IMG/VR virus record: IMGVR_UViG_3300025072_002801 | Source: a virus | Lineage: Duplodnaviria > Heunggongvirae > Uroviricota > Caudoviricetes | DNA: 64,000 bases | Strand: one strand, 5' to 3' | In this document: positions 1 to 9,776 of the stretch, one piece after another | How the letters are laid out: every line of letters starts with the position of its first letter | Numbering within the stretch: position 1 is the first letter of the stretch | Notes under the pieces: generated by a model | Databases searched by the model: none | What the model was told of the DNA's origin: nothing | The model's input: only the letters and a program-made list of their open reading frames with translations | Position numbers and translations under genes: made by a program

Positions 1-171
1 CCTAAGGAATTGTAAGATGTCTCCATACCCTTGTTCGCAGTAGATGATAAGGGTTTTGTTTTCAAGTGGTTCACCATTCCATATAGGGCTATTTTTATAT
101 GTTTCTCTGTAATATTCCATTGATGGGTGTTCTATTCGGTCCATTTATTTGTTCCTTACTATTTTATAATT

Positions 172-786
172 GTGATTAATCTAAAGAAAAGTATAGAAGA
201 CAAGCTTGAATCATCTCACATAGATAGTCGAGTATTGTTGGATCGTTTACGGATGATAAGTGAAAGTTCTCGTAGTACATTGGCGTATAACAATTCCAAA
301 TATGCTCCATTTTATTATTATCTAGGATGCGAGATAGAGCCTAAGTCCATGGTTGAATTTGGGTTTCGTTTAGGGTTATTGAGTAGTTGTTTTTTGATGG
401 GGTGCAAGACGGTAAAAGATTTTCTAGCTTTCCAAGAATCATCAGATGAACATTATTCTTCAAGGTTGGGATCTTCTAACATAAAAGACCATTACCGAGG
501 CAATTTGAAGACGTATGTTGGAAAAGTTTTTGATAAAGAATGGACTGACATGTTAGGTAGCAGGAAATGGGATATAATATTCATTAATGAAGAGATGGGA
601 TATGATTCGCATATGGCTCATTTGGACCTAGCTTGGTTGAATTTGAGTGAAGACGGTATGATTGTAATGGATTACGTTGATTCTCACGAGAATGCTAAAG
701 AGGCGTATTTTAATTTCTGTAAGGTTGTCAATCGTGAGCCAGTCACGATAAATACAAGATATGGCGTAGGATTGGTTCAGAAATGA
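172..786 (+). CDS. Class I SAM-dependent methyltransferase-like protein (Methyltransf_24-type)
   Basis: Motif I-like 'MVEFGFRLGLLS', then 'WDIIFINE' and 'GMIVMDY' strands of a Rossmann MTase fold. GTG at 172 is a more plausible start than 127. Confidence 0.55.
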   Translation: MINLKKSIEDKLESSHIDSRVLLDRLRMISESSRSTLAYNNSKYAPFYYYLGCEIEPKSMVEFGFRLGLLSSCFLMGCKTVKDFLAFQESSDEHYSSRLGSSNIKDHYRGNLKTYVGKVFDKEWTDMLGSRKWDIIFINEEMGYDSHMAHLDLAWLNLSEDGMIVMDYVDSHENAKEAYFNFCKVVNREPVTINTRYGVGLVQK

Positions 787-968
787 AGTTGAAGAACAAA
801 TGGTTGGAAAAAGGTTTATGTCTTCTTTGTGGAGGCAAAAAAAAGAGAGCTAAGTGCGATTGTTGGACGTGTGGCAAGTGTGGAAGGGTGTATACATGTG
901 CAAAATGCATGAATTTAAATTTCCATAAGTTCAAAAAAGGTCCTTTTAAGAAGTTTTCAAGAAAATAG
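783..968 (+). CDS. Small basic Cys-rich (zinc-finger-like) protein
   Basis: CLLC, CDCWTCGKC and CAKC clusters; overlaps the upstream stop codon. Confidence 0.5.
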   Translation: MKLKNKWLEKGLCLLCGGKKKRAKCDCWTCGKCGRVYTCAKCMNLNFHKFKKGPFKKFSRK

Positions 969-977
969 GAAAATATA

Positions 978-1202
978 ATGAGTTACGTTACAGACTGGGG
1001 ATTTAGAGAAGTTGGAAAAATAAACGAGCCATCAGGGATGTTGCCAGGACTTGTGAAATCGGGAGACACAATAACTCTCGGTGGACAAAATTTAAACGAC
1101 CCACACAACTACATGGCGACGTTAAGAGCCAAGACCCCAGATATTTCTCCAGAAGAGAGCATTGAGTGGAATTCCATATGGAACAAATTGAAAGGAAAGT
1201 AA
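978..1202 (+). CDS. Hypothetical protein
   Basis: Operon-spaced ORF with an upstream AGGA. Confidence 0.6.
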   Translation: MSYVTDWGFREVGKINEPSGMLPGLVKSGDTITLGGQNLNDPHNYMATLRAKTPDISPEESIEWNSIWNKLKGK

Positions 1203-1254
1203 TTCTTTTAGCATAAATACTACTTTAGAAAGGTTAATTCAATTAGGAGACACA

Positions 1255-2013
1255 GTGGGATACGCAGTAAATTATAAGTATTATGAAAAAGGTGAGCGTG
1301 GATACGACACCGACGAAGAATTAGAGTTTGATTCTAAGGTAGGAGAGCCATTTGAGGACATTTCTTTAGAGCAATTGGCTGGTGCGATTATGGCACAGTT
1401 TGCTCGGCGCGATGTTATGGTATTCGACTGCACTATTCACGAACTTGCCAAAAAGAAAATTAGCTTTAAGGAGACTAAGGGCGGTATTATTTTAAAAAAT
1501 AAGAAATATCGCTTTGATCAAGGTGCAAAACTGCATTGTGAAGACGTGGTTCAGGTGGTTCCAGCACCGCCACTTCCAGCGGGGGTTATGCCTCATGAAG
1601 TTCCTGTCGCCGTTCCAGTGGCAGTGCAGACAACAGTAGCTCCTGTTCCTCAAGCTGTTCCTCAAGCTGTTCCTGCACCTCACCAGACTCAGGCTCAGCC
1701 TCAGAGTAAGATATTGAATGGAAAGCCTCCTATACGTTATGAGGTTTATAACCCAGAGAAGTATCTTGAAGATGAAGCAAAAAGACGAAAGTTGAATTTT
1801 TCGCATGGCACTAAGTATCCAATTTATGAAGAACGAAATGCTGGAAACAGTGCGGCTCACGGAATTGCTTACGTTACGGTTGATAATACTGGAGTTAAGC
1901 AAATCATGCATGCAAATCATTTTGTTCCAGAGGGAAGAGGTTTGGTTGGCGATTTTTCAGTAGATCAAGGCTATACGGGCGGAGATCCAGGTAGCATGGT
2001 AGCATTAAGGTAA
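1255..2013 (+). CDS. Hypothetical protein with a Pro/Ala/Val/Gln low-complexity linker
   Basis: AGGAG RBS; two globular-looking halves joined by 'VPVAVPVAVQTTVAPVPQAVPQAVPAP'. Confidence 0.7.
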   Translation: MGYAVNYKYYEKGERGYDTDEELEFDSKVGEPFEDISLEQLAGAIMAQFARRDVMVFDCTIHELAKKKISFKETKGGIILKNKKYRFDQGAKLHCEDVVQVVPAPPLPAGVMPHEVPVAVPVAVQTTVAPVPQAVPQAVPAPHQTQAQPQSKILNGKPPIRYEVYNPEKYLEDEAKRRKLNFSHGTKYPIYEERNAGNSAAHGIAYVTVDNTGVKQIMHANHFVPEGRGLVGDFSVDQGYTGGDPGSMVALR

Positions 2014-2017
2014 AATT

Positions 2018-2458
2018 ATGAACAAAGAGCAAAGAAAATTTAAAAAGAAGAAAGAAAAAGAACGCAATGCCAAGGCAAAGGTGCGTATCAAAAGAGCGGC
2101 TATCAGGAAGACAGAGAAGGAAAGGAAAAGGATTGAAGCCGCTTTAGATCTTGAGGCTAAACTGTTCGACAAACCAGACCCTCCATATCGCAGTCCAGAA
2201 AAACAGAAGATCAAAGATGAAAACGATAAGGAAAGAGAGAGAAAGGCGTTTGAGCAATTAGAACATAACTTGAAAATTCTTGAAGCCTTAGAAGAAGAAC
2301 ACATCAAAGAAGATCTTCAGCGAGAAGAGTTGAATGAGGAGCTTGAGGCGCAAGGTCTTAAGACAGTTGATGAAAAGGTTAATTATTTGAAAGAGAAAGC
2401 CAGGAAAGAGGCAGAGGAAGTTGAAAGGCATTTGGCGACTCAAAATAAAAAATCGTAA
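2018..2458 (+). CDS. Highly charged coiled-coil protein
   Basis: K/E/R-rich helical ORF in operon context. Confidence 0.65.
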   Translation: MNKEQRKFKKKKEKERNAKAKVRIKRAAIRKTEKERKRIEAALDLEAKLFDKPDPPYRSPEKQKIKDENDKERERKAFEQLEHNLKILEALEEEHIKEDLQREELNEELEAQGLKTVDEKVNYLKEKARKEAEEVERHLATQNKKS

Positions 2459-2474
2459 AATTAATTAAAGTCTA

Positions 2475-2503
2475 TTGATTGCTTCTCCGATACGGTTTAT
2501 AGT
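2475..2503 (+). promoter_or_regulatory. Sigma70-type promoter upstream of the SSB gene
   Basis: TTGATT-N17-TATAGT. Confidence 0.65.
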
Positions 2504-2528
2504 AATGAAAAGAATAAAGTCCTCTTAG

Positions 2529-2656
2529 AGGTTACGCACGGTCGGGACGACCGAGAAATACGTTAGAGCCTATTGCCTTGGTGTAAGACTCTTTTTAAGA
2601 GCAGTTGATTGGGTAGGAAGTTTCATTGCGACAGTCCACAGTAACGAACGTAACTT
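2529..2656 (+). ncRNA. Putative structured 5' leader of the SSB mRNA
   Basis: Closing stem AGGTTACG (2529-2536)/CGTAACTT (2649-2656); internal hairpins CGGTCG-GGA-CGACCG and CTCTT-TTT-AAGAG. Confidence 0.4.
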
Positions 2657-2689
2657 AAAAACTATTTTAACAACAACCGGAGAAGTACA

Positions 2690-3718
2690 ATGGCTTTAGA
2701 CCTTGACCAACTAAATGACTTACAAAGCGAAGGGGATAGACTTCAAAAGAAGGACAACCCTGGAAACCAAGATTACTTAAAGAATTTCGTAAAAATGCCT
2801 GATGGTGTTGGATGGGTGGACGTTCGAGTCCTTCCTCCAGATAAGACCAAGCCAATTATGGCTGGCGGATTGTGTCAACCGACACGTCTTGTCAAGCTAG
2901 GCGTCAATGGCGTTAATCCTCGATCATACCACTCTCGCAGAGTGTTGAAAGGCGGATACTGGGTAGCCCCAGAAGGCGAAGAAGATTGTCCCGCAAATCT
3001 TCATTATACTCATCTGTGGAAAGAGGCAGACCAACTTGACAAAGAAGGTCGTCATCCAGAAGCAGAAGCTAAAAAGAACGATGCCAGGAAGCTAAAGCCT
3101 ATTGCTCGTTTTTATTACAATGTTGTTGTGGTCGGAAGATCTGACAACGATGCTGTAGACAACGACAACAAGATTCTTTCTGTTGGCGTAACAGTGCATG
3201 AGACTATCATCAATTCCTTCACAGGAAATGAAGATAAGGGAATTCCAAAAATGGGTGATGTGACCGACTTAGATGAAGGTCGCACATTGAGGATCTACAA
3301 GGATCAAAAAGGTCAATTCCCAGACTACAGCAAGACTCGTTTTCTCGATCCATCTTCAATTGGAAGTCCAGAGGATCGTGCTAAGTGGGCAGAAAACTTG
3401 CATGACATTGCCGCTTTGAGAAGAGTTCTTCCTTTTGAAGAACTTAAGGAAAAGTTGCAGATCCATCTTGGCATCATCAAGCCAACAGGTGCAAGTACAT
3501 CTTCTTATAATCCGAAAGATTTTCAGATTAAAACTGAGACAAAAGTTGAGATGGAAGTGGTTAAAGTGGATGCTCCTGTAGATACTCCTGCCGCTAGTGT
3601 CGAAACTAAGTCTGAAGTAAAAGAAGAGGTGGCTGCTTCTACAGCTACAGAAGTCAAGCCTGATGGTGGTGAAACACTTATCGAAGATGATTTCTGGAAT
3701 GATATTCAAGGAATGTAA
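2690..3718 (+). CDS. T4 gp32-like single-stranded DNA-binding protein
   Basis: 'RFYYNVVVV', 'KILSVG', 'FPDYSKTRF' motifs, acidic/aromatic tail 'IEDDFWNDIQGM', and proximity to the recombinase gene. Confidence 0.8.
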   Translation: MALDLDQLNDLQSEGDRLQKKDNPGNQDYLKNFVKMPDGVGWVDVRVLPPDKTKPIMAGGLCQPTRLVKLGVNGVNPRSYHSRRVLKGGYWVAPEGEEDCPANLHYTHLWKEADQLDKEGRHPEAEAKKNDARKLKPIARFYYNVVVVGRSDNDAVDNDNKILSVGVTVHETIINSFTGNEDKGIPKMGDVTDLDEGRTLRIYKDQKGQFPDYSKTRFLDPSSIGSPEDRAKWAENLHDIAALRRVLPFEELKEKLQIHLGIIKPTGASTSSYNPKDFQIKTETKVEMEVVKVDAPVDTPAASVETKSEVKEEVAASTATEVKPDGGETLIEDDFWNDIQGM

Positions 3719-3729
3719 TTAGTTGGCTT

Positions 3730-3778
3730 TCGCCTACCGCATGCGACTGGATGGCGGTAGGCGAGGGTCGCTTTTTTT
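3730..3778 (+). terminator. Hairpin/terminator after the SSB gene
   Basis: TCGCCTACCGC/GCGGTAGGCGA 11-bp stem; T-run a few nt downstream. Confidence 0.55.
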
Positions 3779-3792
3779 AAATTAGGTGCGAA

Positions 3793-4383
3793 ATGTCCTA
3801 CAAATTAATTTTAGTAAATGCAAATAGTTGCGAGTGCTATGATCGTGGTTATGATGACAATTGTTGTTGTGAGCCTGATATGAGGGTGCAGGAAATCAAT
3901 TCCATGGATGACTTAATTGCCTTATCTAAAGGCAATTTTGATTTGAAGAGGGACATAAATTCCTTGGCAATAAAGACTCTTGAAGATAGTGATGAAAATT
4001 TAAATAAATCACTTAAAGAAAAGGGTTGGGTCAACTTGAAGGAAATAAAAGACAGAGAAGAAAAGTTGAAGGCGGAAAAGAGGTATTATTACTCTGACAC
4101 TCGTTATGCTAGGGACTTGCAGGAAGTTGATTTAGAAAACTTGACAGATCATGTGATTAGAGAATTGGCTAATGACAATGTTAAAATTGTGCAATCTATT
4201 GGCAAGACTTCGTTGAAGAAGACTTTTGATGCAAGACAAAAGAAGGTTTATACAGATGAACTAGCCAGCCTTAAGAGGGCGAAGGATAGAAAGTCTGCCG
4301 CCAAAAAGAAAAGGCAGGAAGACAAGCTTCGTAAGGAAGTTGAAAAGGCTAAAAGAATACTTGCCAATGCAGGCATAGAATAA
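3793..4383 (+). CDS. Hypothetical protein
   Basis: Long ORF with a charged C-terminal helix. Confidence 0.7.
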   Translation: MSYKLILVNANSCECYDRGYDDNCCCEPDMRVQEINSMDDLIALSKGNFDLKRDINSLAIKTLEDSDENLNKSLKEKGWVNLKEIKDREEKLKAEKRYYYSDTRYARDLQEVDLENLTDHVIRELANDNVKIVQSIGKTSLKKTFDARQKKVYTDELASLKRAKDRKSAAKKKRQEDKLRKEVEKAKRILANAGIE

Positions 4384-4404
4384 TTAACATATAAAGAGAT
4401 AAAA

Positions 4405-5610
4405 ATGGCGAAGAAGAAATCTAAGAAGAAAACCGATGATGATATTTTCAATGAGTTGGCATCAGAGTTTGGTGGAGAAGTAGTTGCTAACGCAGAGACA
4501 GTGACATATTATATTGATACTGGCAATTTGGCAATGAATTTTGTTTGCTCTGGAAGGTTTATTGGTGGTGGAATTCCAGGCGGAAGAATAACAGAATTTT
4601 ATGGACCATCAGCATCGGCTAAGTCTCTTTGGGGAATGACTATTTTGGGAGGCACGCAAAAGGCTGATGGTTATGCAATTCTTTTAGATACAGAAAATGC
4701 ATTAAACCCTGACTTTGCAGAGCGTGCTGGACATATTGATCTAAACAGGCTTATTAGATATACGCCAGAGACGCTAGAGAGGGCGTTTGCAAAAATAACA
4801 AATGTAATAAGGAAGATCAGAGAAGTTAAAGGACCAGATGTTCCTATCTGTGTGGTGTACGATTCGATTACAGTATCTCCATGTGAAAGAGAGCTTAGAG
4901 AAACCGATCTTGGGGAAGAGTATAACGATGCCGAATGGAAGCGAGTCGTTGGAGCAAAGGAACAGCCAGGAGAAAGGGCGAAGATTATTGGCAAAGAGTT
5001 AAGAAAATTAACGCCCATACTTCAAAAAGAAAATGCTACATTGTTTATCATTAATCAAACACGTATGCAAATTGGAGTTATGTACGGAAATCCAGAAATA
5101 ACACCGGGAGGGAAGTCTTTGGAGTTTTATGCATCTTGCAGAGTTAGAACTTCTGCACATAAGAAGATTGAAGACAAGGAGTTGAAGAAGCCGTTGGGCG
5201 TTAATATTAAAGTTGCCAACAAAAAGAACAGGTCCAATACTCCGTTTCTTGAAATTCCAACATCTACAAATGAAGGTGGGATTCCATTATATTTTGATCG
5301 TGGAATTGATCCTACTGGCGGTTTATTGACGGCATTGATTCAATCCGAAAGAATAACGCCAGGAACAGGTGGAAATTATGAAGTTAAGCCTGAATACGCT
5401 GGCAGCGAAAATGTAAAATTTAAATCCGCCCTTTCAAGAAATACGATTCCTATGGAGTTGTTATTTGAACATCCAAAATTGGTTGATGCAGACGATGCTG
5501 ACCAAGTTCGTAAATATTTTTCGGATTTTGAAGAAGCAATTGCTCTTACTAATAGTGACAAAACTGTTGAAGTGGCTGTCGTTGATCAAAACGAGGATTT
5601 AATGAAGTAG
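4405..5610 (+). CDS. uvsX: RecA/UvsX recombinase
   Basis: 'GRITEFYGPSASAKS' P-loop, 'LDTENAL', 'VVYDSI', 'IINQTR', 'TPGGKSLEFYASCRV'. Confidence 0.93.
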   Translation: MAKKKSKKKTDDDIFNELASEFGGEVVANAETVTYYIDTGNLAMNFVCSGRFIGGGIPGGRITEFYGPSASAKSLWGMTILGGTQKADGYAILLDTENALNPDFAERAGHIDLNRLIRYTPETLERAFAKITNVIRKIREVKGPDVPICVVYDSITVSPCERELRETDLGEEYNDAEWKRVVGAKEQPGERAKIIGKELRKLTPILQKENATLFIINQTRMQIGVMYGNPEITPGGKSLEFYASCRVRTSAHKKIEDKELKKPLGVNIKVANKKNRSNTPFLEIPTSTNEGGIPLYFDRGIDPTGGLLTALIQSERITPGTGGNYEVKPEYAGSENVKFKSALSRNTIPMELLFEHPKLVDADDADQVRKYFSDFEEAIALTNSDKTVEVAVVDQNEDLMK

Positions 5611-5620
5611 GAAGTGTTGA

Positions 5621-6679
5621 ATGCAAATTGAACAAGATGTAAAGCTTGACTTTTCTGATGTTTTAATTAGACCTAAAAGGTCCGACAATTCTAGTCGTTC
5701 AGACGTAGACTTGTTTAGAGAATATACTTTTCTTAATTCAAAAAATACCTTTAGAGGTGTCCCTGTAGTAGCGGCCAATATGAGTTGTATTGGAACATTT
5801 GCCATGTCGAAAGCTATGTCAAATGAAGGATCTTTGACTGCACTTCACAAGCACTATTCTGTCGATCAATTGTCTGAGTTTTTCTCAACTGATGGCAAGT
5901 ATGATGTGTTTTACACAATGGGAATATCTGATAGCGATTTTAAAAAGATAGATAAGGTCGCAGAAAGGGCTGAGTCTATTCCTTGTATATGCATTGATGT
6001 TGCTAATGGGTACATGAATGTCTTTGAGAAGAAGGTGTTAGAAGTGCGTGAAAAGTTTCCCCAATCTACAATTATGGCTGGAAATGTATGCACTAGAGAA
6101 ATGGTAGAAAGTCTGTTGCTATCTGGTGGGGCAGATATTATAAAATGCGGAATTGGGAGCGGAAGTACATGCCTCACAAGAACGGTAACGGCTATAGGAT
6201 TTCCCCAACTTTCTAGCATCATAGAGTGCTCAGACGCAGCACATGGATTAGGCGGTCACATTTGTAGCGATGGAGGAATCAGACAACCAGGAGACGTGGC
6301 AAAAGCTTTTGGTGCTGGCGCTGATTTTGTAATGCTTGGAGGATTCCTTGCTGGGCATGATGAATGTGAGGGAAGGTGGAATTTCAAGGAGGTAGAGGGC
6401 TATGACGGGCATTCCGATTTGGAAAAAGAATCGCTAGAGTTTTATGGAATGTCCTCCAAAGAGGCTCAGGACAAGTATAACGGCGGTTTGAGAGGTCATA
6501 GGGCATCTGAAGGCAAATGTGTCACAGTGCCTTATAAGGGACCTGTGGCGGGTACGTTGCAGCAAATTACGGGAGGACTGCGTAGTACATGTTCATATGT
6601 AGGAGCTAAATGTTTGAAAGACTTGAGTAAGAAAACTACGTTCATTAGAGTTAATCGAACACACGATAATTATGCCTAA
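5621..6679 (+). CDS. guaC: GMP reductase
   Basis: 'KLDFSDVLIRPKRS', 'CIDVANGY', 'KCGIGSGSTCLTR' (catalytic Cys), 'FYGMSS', 'RASEGK'. Confidence 0.93.
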   Translation: MQIEQDVKLDFSDVLIRPKRSDNSSRSDVDLFREYTFLNSKNTFRGVPVVAANMSCIGTFAMSKAMSNEGSLTALHKHYSVDQLSEFFSTDGKYDVFYTMGISDSDFKKIDKVAERAESIPCICIDVANGYMNVFEKKVLEVREKFPQSTIMAGNVCTREMVESLLLSGGADIIKCGIGSGSTCLTRTVTAIGFPQLSSIIECSDAAHGLGGHICSDGGIRQPGDVAKAFGAGADFVMLGGFLAGHDECEGRWNFKEVEGYDGHSDLEKESLEFYGMSSKEAQDKYNGGLRGHRASEGKCVTVPYKGPVAGTLQQITGGLRSTCSYVGAKCLKDLSKKTTFIRVNRTHDNYA

Positions 6680-7280
6680 AATTTACACAAAAACTGGTGA
6701 TTTTGGAGAAACCTTTTCACCTTTGCTTTCATGTAGAGTAAATAAAAGCGATGAATTCATTGAATTAGGCGGGGCTTTAGATGAGCTTTGTTCATATCTT
6801 GGAGTTGTGATGAGTTCATTTTATGATTTTGATGCCCATGCTTTGTTGATTGATGTTCAAAGAGATATTTTTGAGTTTGGATTTAATATTTCTAGCGGAA
6901 ATAGAGATGATGATTTTTGGTCAAAAAGAATATCATCTATTGAAGAGAGTATTGATCATTATGAAAGCAAGAGTGAACCGTTAGAAAATTTTATATTGCC
7001 CCATGGGTCAAAGGGGTCGGTTCACTTGCATCACGCTCGCACAATTTGTAGGCGAGTAGAGACAAAGGTTGTTGGTTGCTTTTTAAATGCTCTTGCTCAA
7101 AAAATTGACTTATCAGAAATGGCTTTTTTTGGACCGTTTCCAACTCATAGTGATAGCGACAAACTTCTTTTGACCTACATAAATCGCTTAAGTGATTTGC
7201 TGTTTGTGATGGCAAGGCATCACAATGATCGTGATGAGATCAAATGGGAATCTAGTCAAGAATTACACGATAAGTCTTAG
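6672..7280 (+). CDS. pduO: ATP:cob(I)alamin adenosyltransferase, PduO type
   Basis: 'IYTKTGDFGET', 'FILPHG', 'HHARTICRRVE', 'YINRLSDLLFVMAR'. Confidence 0.88.
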   Translation: MPKIYTKTGDFGETFSPLLSCRVNKSDEFIELGGALDELCSYLGVVMSSFYDFDAHALLIDVQRDIFEFGFNISSGNRDDDFWSKRISSIEESIDHYESKSEPLENFILPHGSKGSVHLHHARTICRRVETKVVGCFLNALAQKIDLSEMAFFGPFPTHSDSDKLLLTYINRLSDLLFVMARHHNDRDEIKWESSQELHDKS

Positions 7281-7734
7281 GCATGGTTTCTTGGATGTTG
7301 TATCCACGATCTGACAATGATTTTTTAATACTTTGAAGATGATCAGACAAAGATTCATCGTTTATGTTGTAGTTTTTAAATTTGCTTTTTAAATTCTTAA
7401 AGCAAACCTCATTTCCAACTAGGAACTCAGCTTCGATGAATGATGTTACCCGCCCAGTTCGGTCAAGGGCTTTGGCTTCCCCAGACAGCTTTTTAGGTCT
7501 TCCAGCGCGTGGTATTTTGGTTTGTATGACTTCATAGCCTCTTTCGTCTTTAGATGGCTCTGGACTGCATAGCTTTGACGCTAATTCACTCATGTCGCAT
7601 AATTCGCCTCCTTCAAACTCAACAAGCGAGACTTCTGCTCCTAAAGCTCTTGAGAACTCAATTAAACTGGGGTAATTTTCTTCGGATGTAAATAATTTGT
7701 GATCGGGGGTGTCGATCATTAGACATTTGTTCAT
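7252..7734 (-). CDS. Hypothetical protein
   Basis: GGAG RBS on the minus strand; convergent with pduO; contains a basic 'RAGRPKK' motif. Confidence 0.6.
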   Translation of the reverse strand: MNKCLMIDTPDHKLFTSEENYPSLIEFSRALGAEVSLVEFEGGELCDMSELASKLCSPEPSKDERGYEVIQTKIPRAGRPKKLSGEAKALDRTGRVTSFIEAEFLVGNEVCFKNLKSKFKNYNINDESLSDHLQSIKKSLSDRGYNIQETMPKTYRVILD

Positions 7735-7881
7735 GGTAAACTCCTATTGCGATAATTATAGAAAATAATGAGAACGTTCGCAAGTATAAAATTTAAAAAA
7801 AATGGGCGAGGCAATTATATATGCTATTTTTTTTAAATTACATAATTACTAAGTTAAATTTTGGATTGAATATATAATATT

Positions 7882-8334
7882 ATGGACATTGATGAAAGTT
7901 TAAGAAATTTGAAGGCTTTGGGAGAACGCTTAGTTCCATACAACTACCCTATGTCTCCTCCTCATGTTGAAGATGAGGTTAATTTATTTAAATCCATAGA
8001 AGCTTATGTAGATGGGTATAAATTGCAGATTCACTACAATAAAGCCGATTATGGAACTTATAAACTTGTCACTTTTCAAATAATGGGAGCAAACGCACCA
8101 TTTCTTCCCTTTAATGTTGTTTTTAAGGTAGCTCGCAAAGCACTTGGAACAGATAATCTATCATTAATAGAAATCTATAAAGATAAACGGAAAATATACT
8201 GTTGGACTTTAATGGAAGATAACGAAGGAGAGTTAAAGCCTTATCCCTATCAAGAGGAGGAAGAGGTAGAACATTTGGAGTATGAAGGCTACGAATACAC
8301 GTATATGAACCCTAATCAAGTTCGATATTATTAA
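7882..8334 (+). CDS. Hypothetical protein
   Basis: ORF; TATATA box 5 nt before the ATG. Confidence 0.7.
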   Translation: MDIDESLRNLKALGERLVPYNYPMSPPHVEDEVNLFKSIEAYVDGYKLQIHYNKADYGTYKLVTFQIMGANAPFLPFNVVFKVARKALGTDNLSLIEIYKDKRKIYCWTLMEDNEGELKPYPYQEEEEVEHLEYEGYEYTYMNPNQVRYY

Positions 8335-8405
8335 TTGATTTTCAAGTATTATCAAATCCTATATAAAACAAGATAACCTTACCTTGTTTTGTAGAGGATC
8401 GAACC

Positions 8406-8714
8406 ATGAATAGAGTAAACAAGATTCAGCACCTTTTGATTACACAGCTTAAAGAAAAAGGATCAGTTGAAATTATTTTACCAGATGGAATCAAGCTAAG
8501 TATTGGAATTACCCAAGAAGATCATCGAGGAAACATTATAATTAATGAAGATGATGATTACTGTTGGGTAATGGCAGAGAAAACTGACAAGGCTATTTTG
8601 TTGGATTCTTTTAATTTAGGCTTGAGTTTTAAAGACGATCCTAGTACAATAATATTTGAAGATACTAAAATGGATGATGAAGGCGATATGATTAGATTGC
8701 TGGAAGTTGTTTAA
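8406..8714 (+). CDS. Hypothetical protein
   Basis: GAGG RBS, acidic ORF. Confidence 0.65.
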   Translation: MNRVNKIQHLLITQLKEKGSVEIILPDGIKLSIGITQEDHRGNIIINEDDDYCWVMAEKTDKAILLDSFNLGLSFKDDPSTIIFEDTKMDDEGDMIRLLEVV

Positions 8715-9039
8715 CAAAACGATTGCCGACAATATTTTTTAATCGCAAAGATCCGGTGTTGGATAGAAATGCTTCAATTGTGCCAACAGTTATTTCGTTT
8801 TCTGAAGGTACAGTAAAATCTATCCACAAATTAAATCCAAATTCAACTAATTGAAATTGTGATAACAATATTTGTACGTTCTTATTGGGGAGGTCAGACT
8901 CCTCGATAAGTTCAAATTTTTCTTTATTGTCTCGTACACAATTTAACGTGTAAGCCATGACTGTTTTTTGATCTAAAAAATCAGCCCAACGAGCAATAAG
9001 TAGTTTTTCTAGTTTGCTTATATTTATAAGTTTATTCAT
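8692..9039 (-). CDS. Hypothetical protein
   Basis: ORF fills an otherwise empty interval. Confidence 0.6.
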   Translation of the reverse strand: MNKLINISKLEKLLIARWADFLDQKTVMAYTLNCVRDNKEKFELIEESDLPNKNVQILLSQFQLVEFGFNLWIDFTVPSENEITVGTIEAFLSNTGSLRLKNIVGNRFVKQLPAI

Positions 9040-9055
9040 GAGGGTTTATAAAAAG

Positions 9056-9319
9056 ATGAAAAATCCCGATACAGTTTTAAGAGAGTATGTAAGTCGAGTT
9101 TCCGAAGAGGAACTGAGATTTTTAAATTCCAGGTTCGCACAACGCTTGCAAGGCGATGTGGCAGAAATTATGGATGTTTTTAGTAGATCAAATGAGCTTG
9201 ACCGACTGTTAAAGGATCAGTCAAATAGCGAAGATTTTAATGACTTGATTGACGCCTTGGAAGATCAGGTTAAAAAAGAGTCAGAGAAACGCTCTGACAG
9301 AAAACGGCAGGCAAGATAA
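9056..9319 (+). CDS. Hypothetical helical protein
   Basis: GAGGG RBS before ATG 9056; followed by a terminator. Confidence 0.6.
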   Translation: MKNPDTVLREYVSRVSEEELRFLNSRFAQRLQGDVAEIMDVFSRSNELDRLLKDQSNSEDFNDLIDALEDQVKKESEKRSDRKRQAR

Positions 9320-9326
9320 GAAAAAT

Positions 9327-9350
9327 GCCCGCTTCGGCGGGCTTTTTTTT
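9327..9350 (+). terminator. Intrinsic terminator
   Basis: GCCCGC-TTCG-GCGGGC followed by T8. Confidence 0.85.
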
Positions 9351-9371
9351 TACAACAACAAAAGAGGTTTA

Positions 9372-9776
9372 ATGAATATTAAAATAAAAAACGCCCCACA
9401 TTATGAGGCAAGATTGTATATTGGATCAAGAGAGAATTATGATGGACCTGCGTTTGATGTTGATAGATTGCATGAAGTGATTAAAGACTTCCAAAATGAG
9501 CATTTGGTAGATGATGTATTGATCCCAGTTAGAGTTACTGCGACAACTTACAGAGCAGGAGATTATTCTGAGGACGGTTGGGAGGTAGCTGTAATAAACT
9601 ATCCTCGCAAACCAAGAGATAGAATAATTTTAGAAAGTTTTATGTTTGAGTTGGCACAGCACTTGTTGGATGTTTTGAAACAAAATAGAATAAGTGTTGT
9701 GACCCCAGAGAAAATAGTTATGTTTGAATCTGATGTTGCTGTAGAAAAAGCCAGTTGTCATTGCGAGAAAGAATAA
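9372..9776 (+). CDS. Hypothetical protein
   Basis: AGAGG RBS before ATG 9372; abuts the helicase start. Confidence 0.65.
   Translation: MNIKIKNAPHYEARLYIGSRENYDGPAFDVDRLHEVIKDFQNEHLVDDVLIPVRVTATTYRAGDYSEDGWEVAVINYPRKPRDRIILESFMFELAQHLLDVLKQNRISVVTPEKIVMFESDVAVEKASCHCEKE

Noticed and set aside
4585-4625. Non-canonical Walker A (GPSASAKS) suggesting an inactive RecA
   Set aside because: Phage UvsX proteins tolerate substitution at this Gly (T4 has GPSKSFKS, recalled), and all other motifs are intact.
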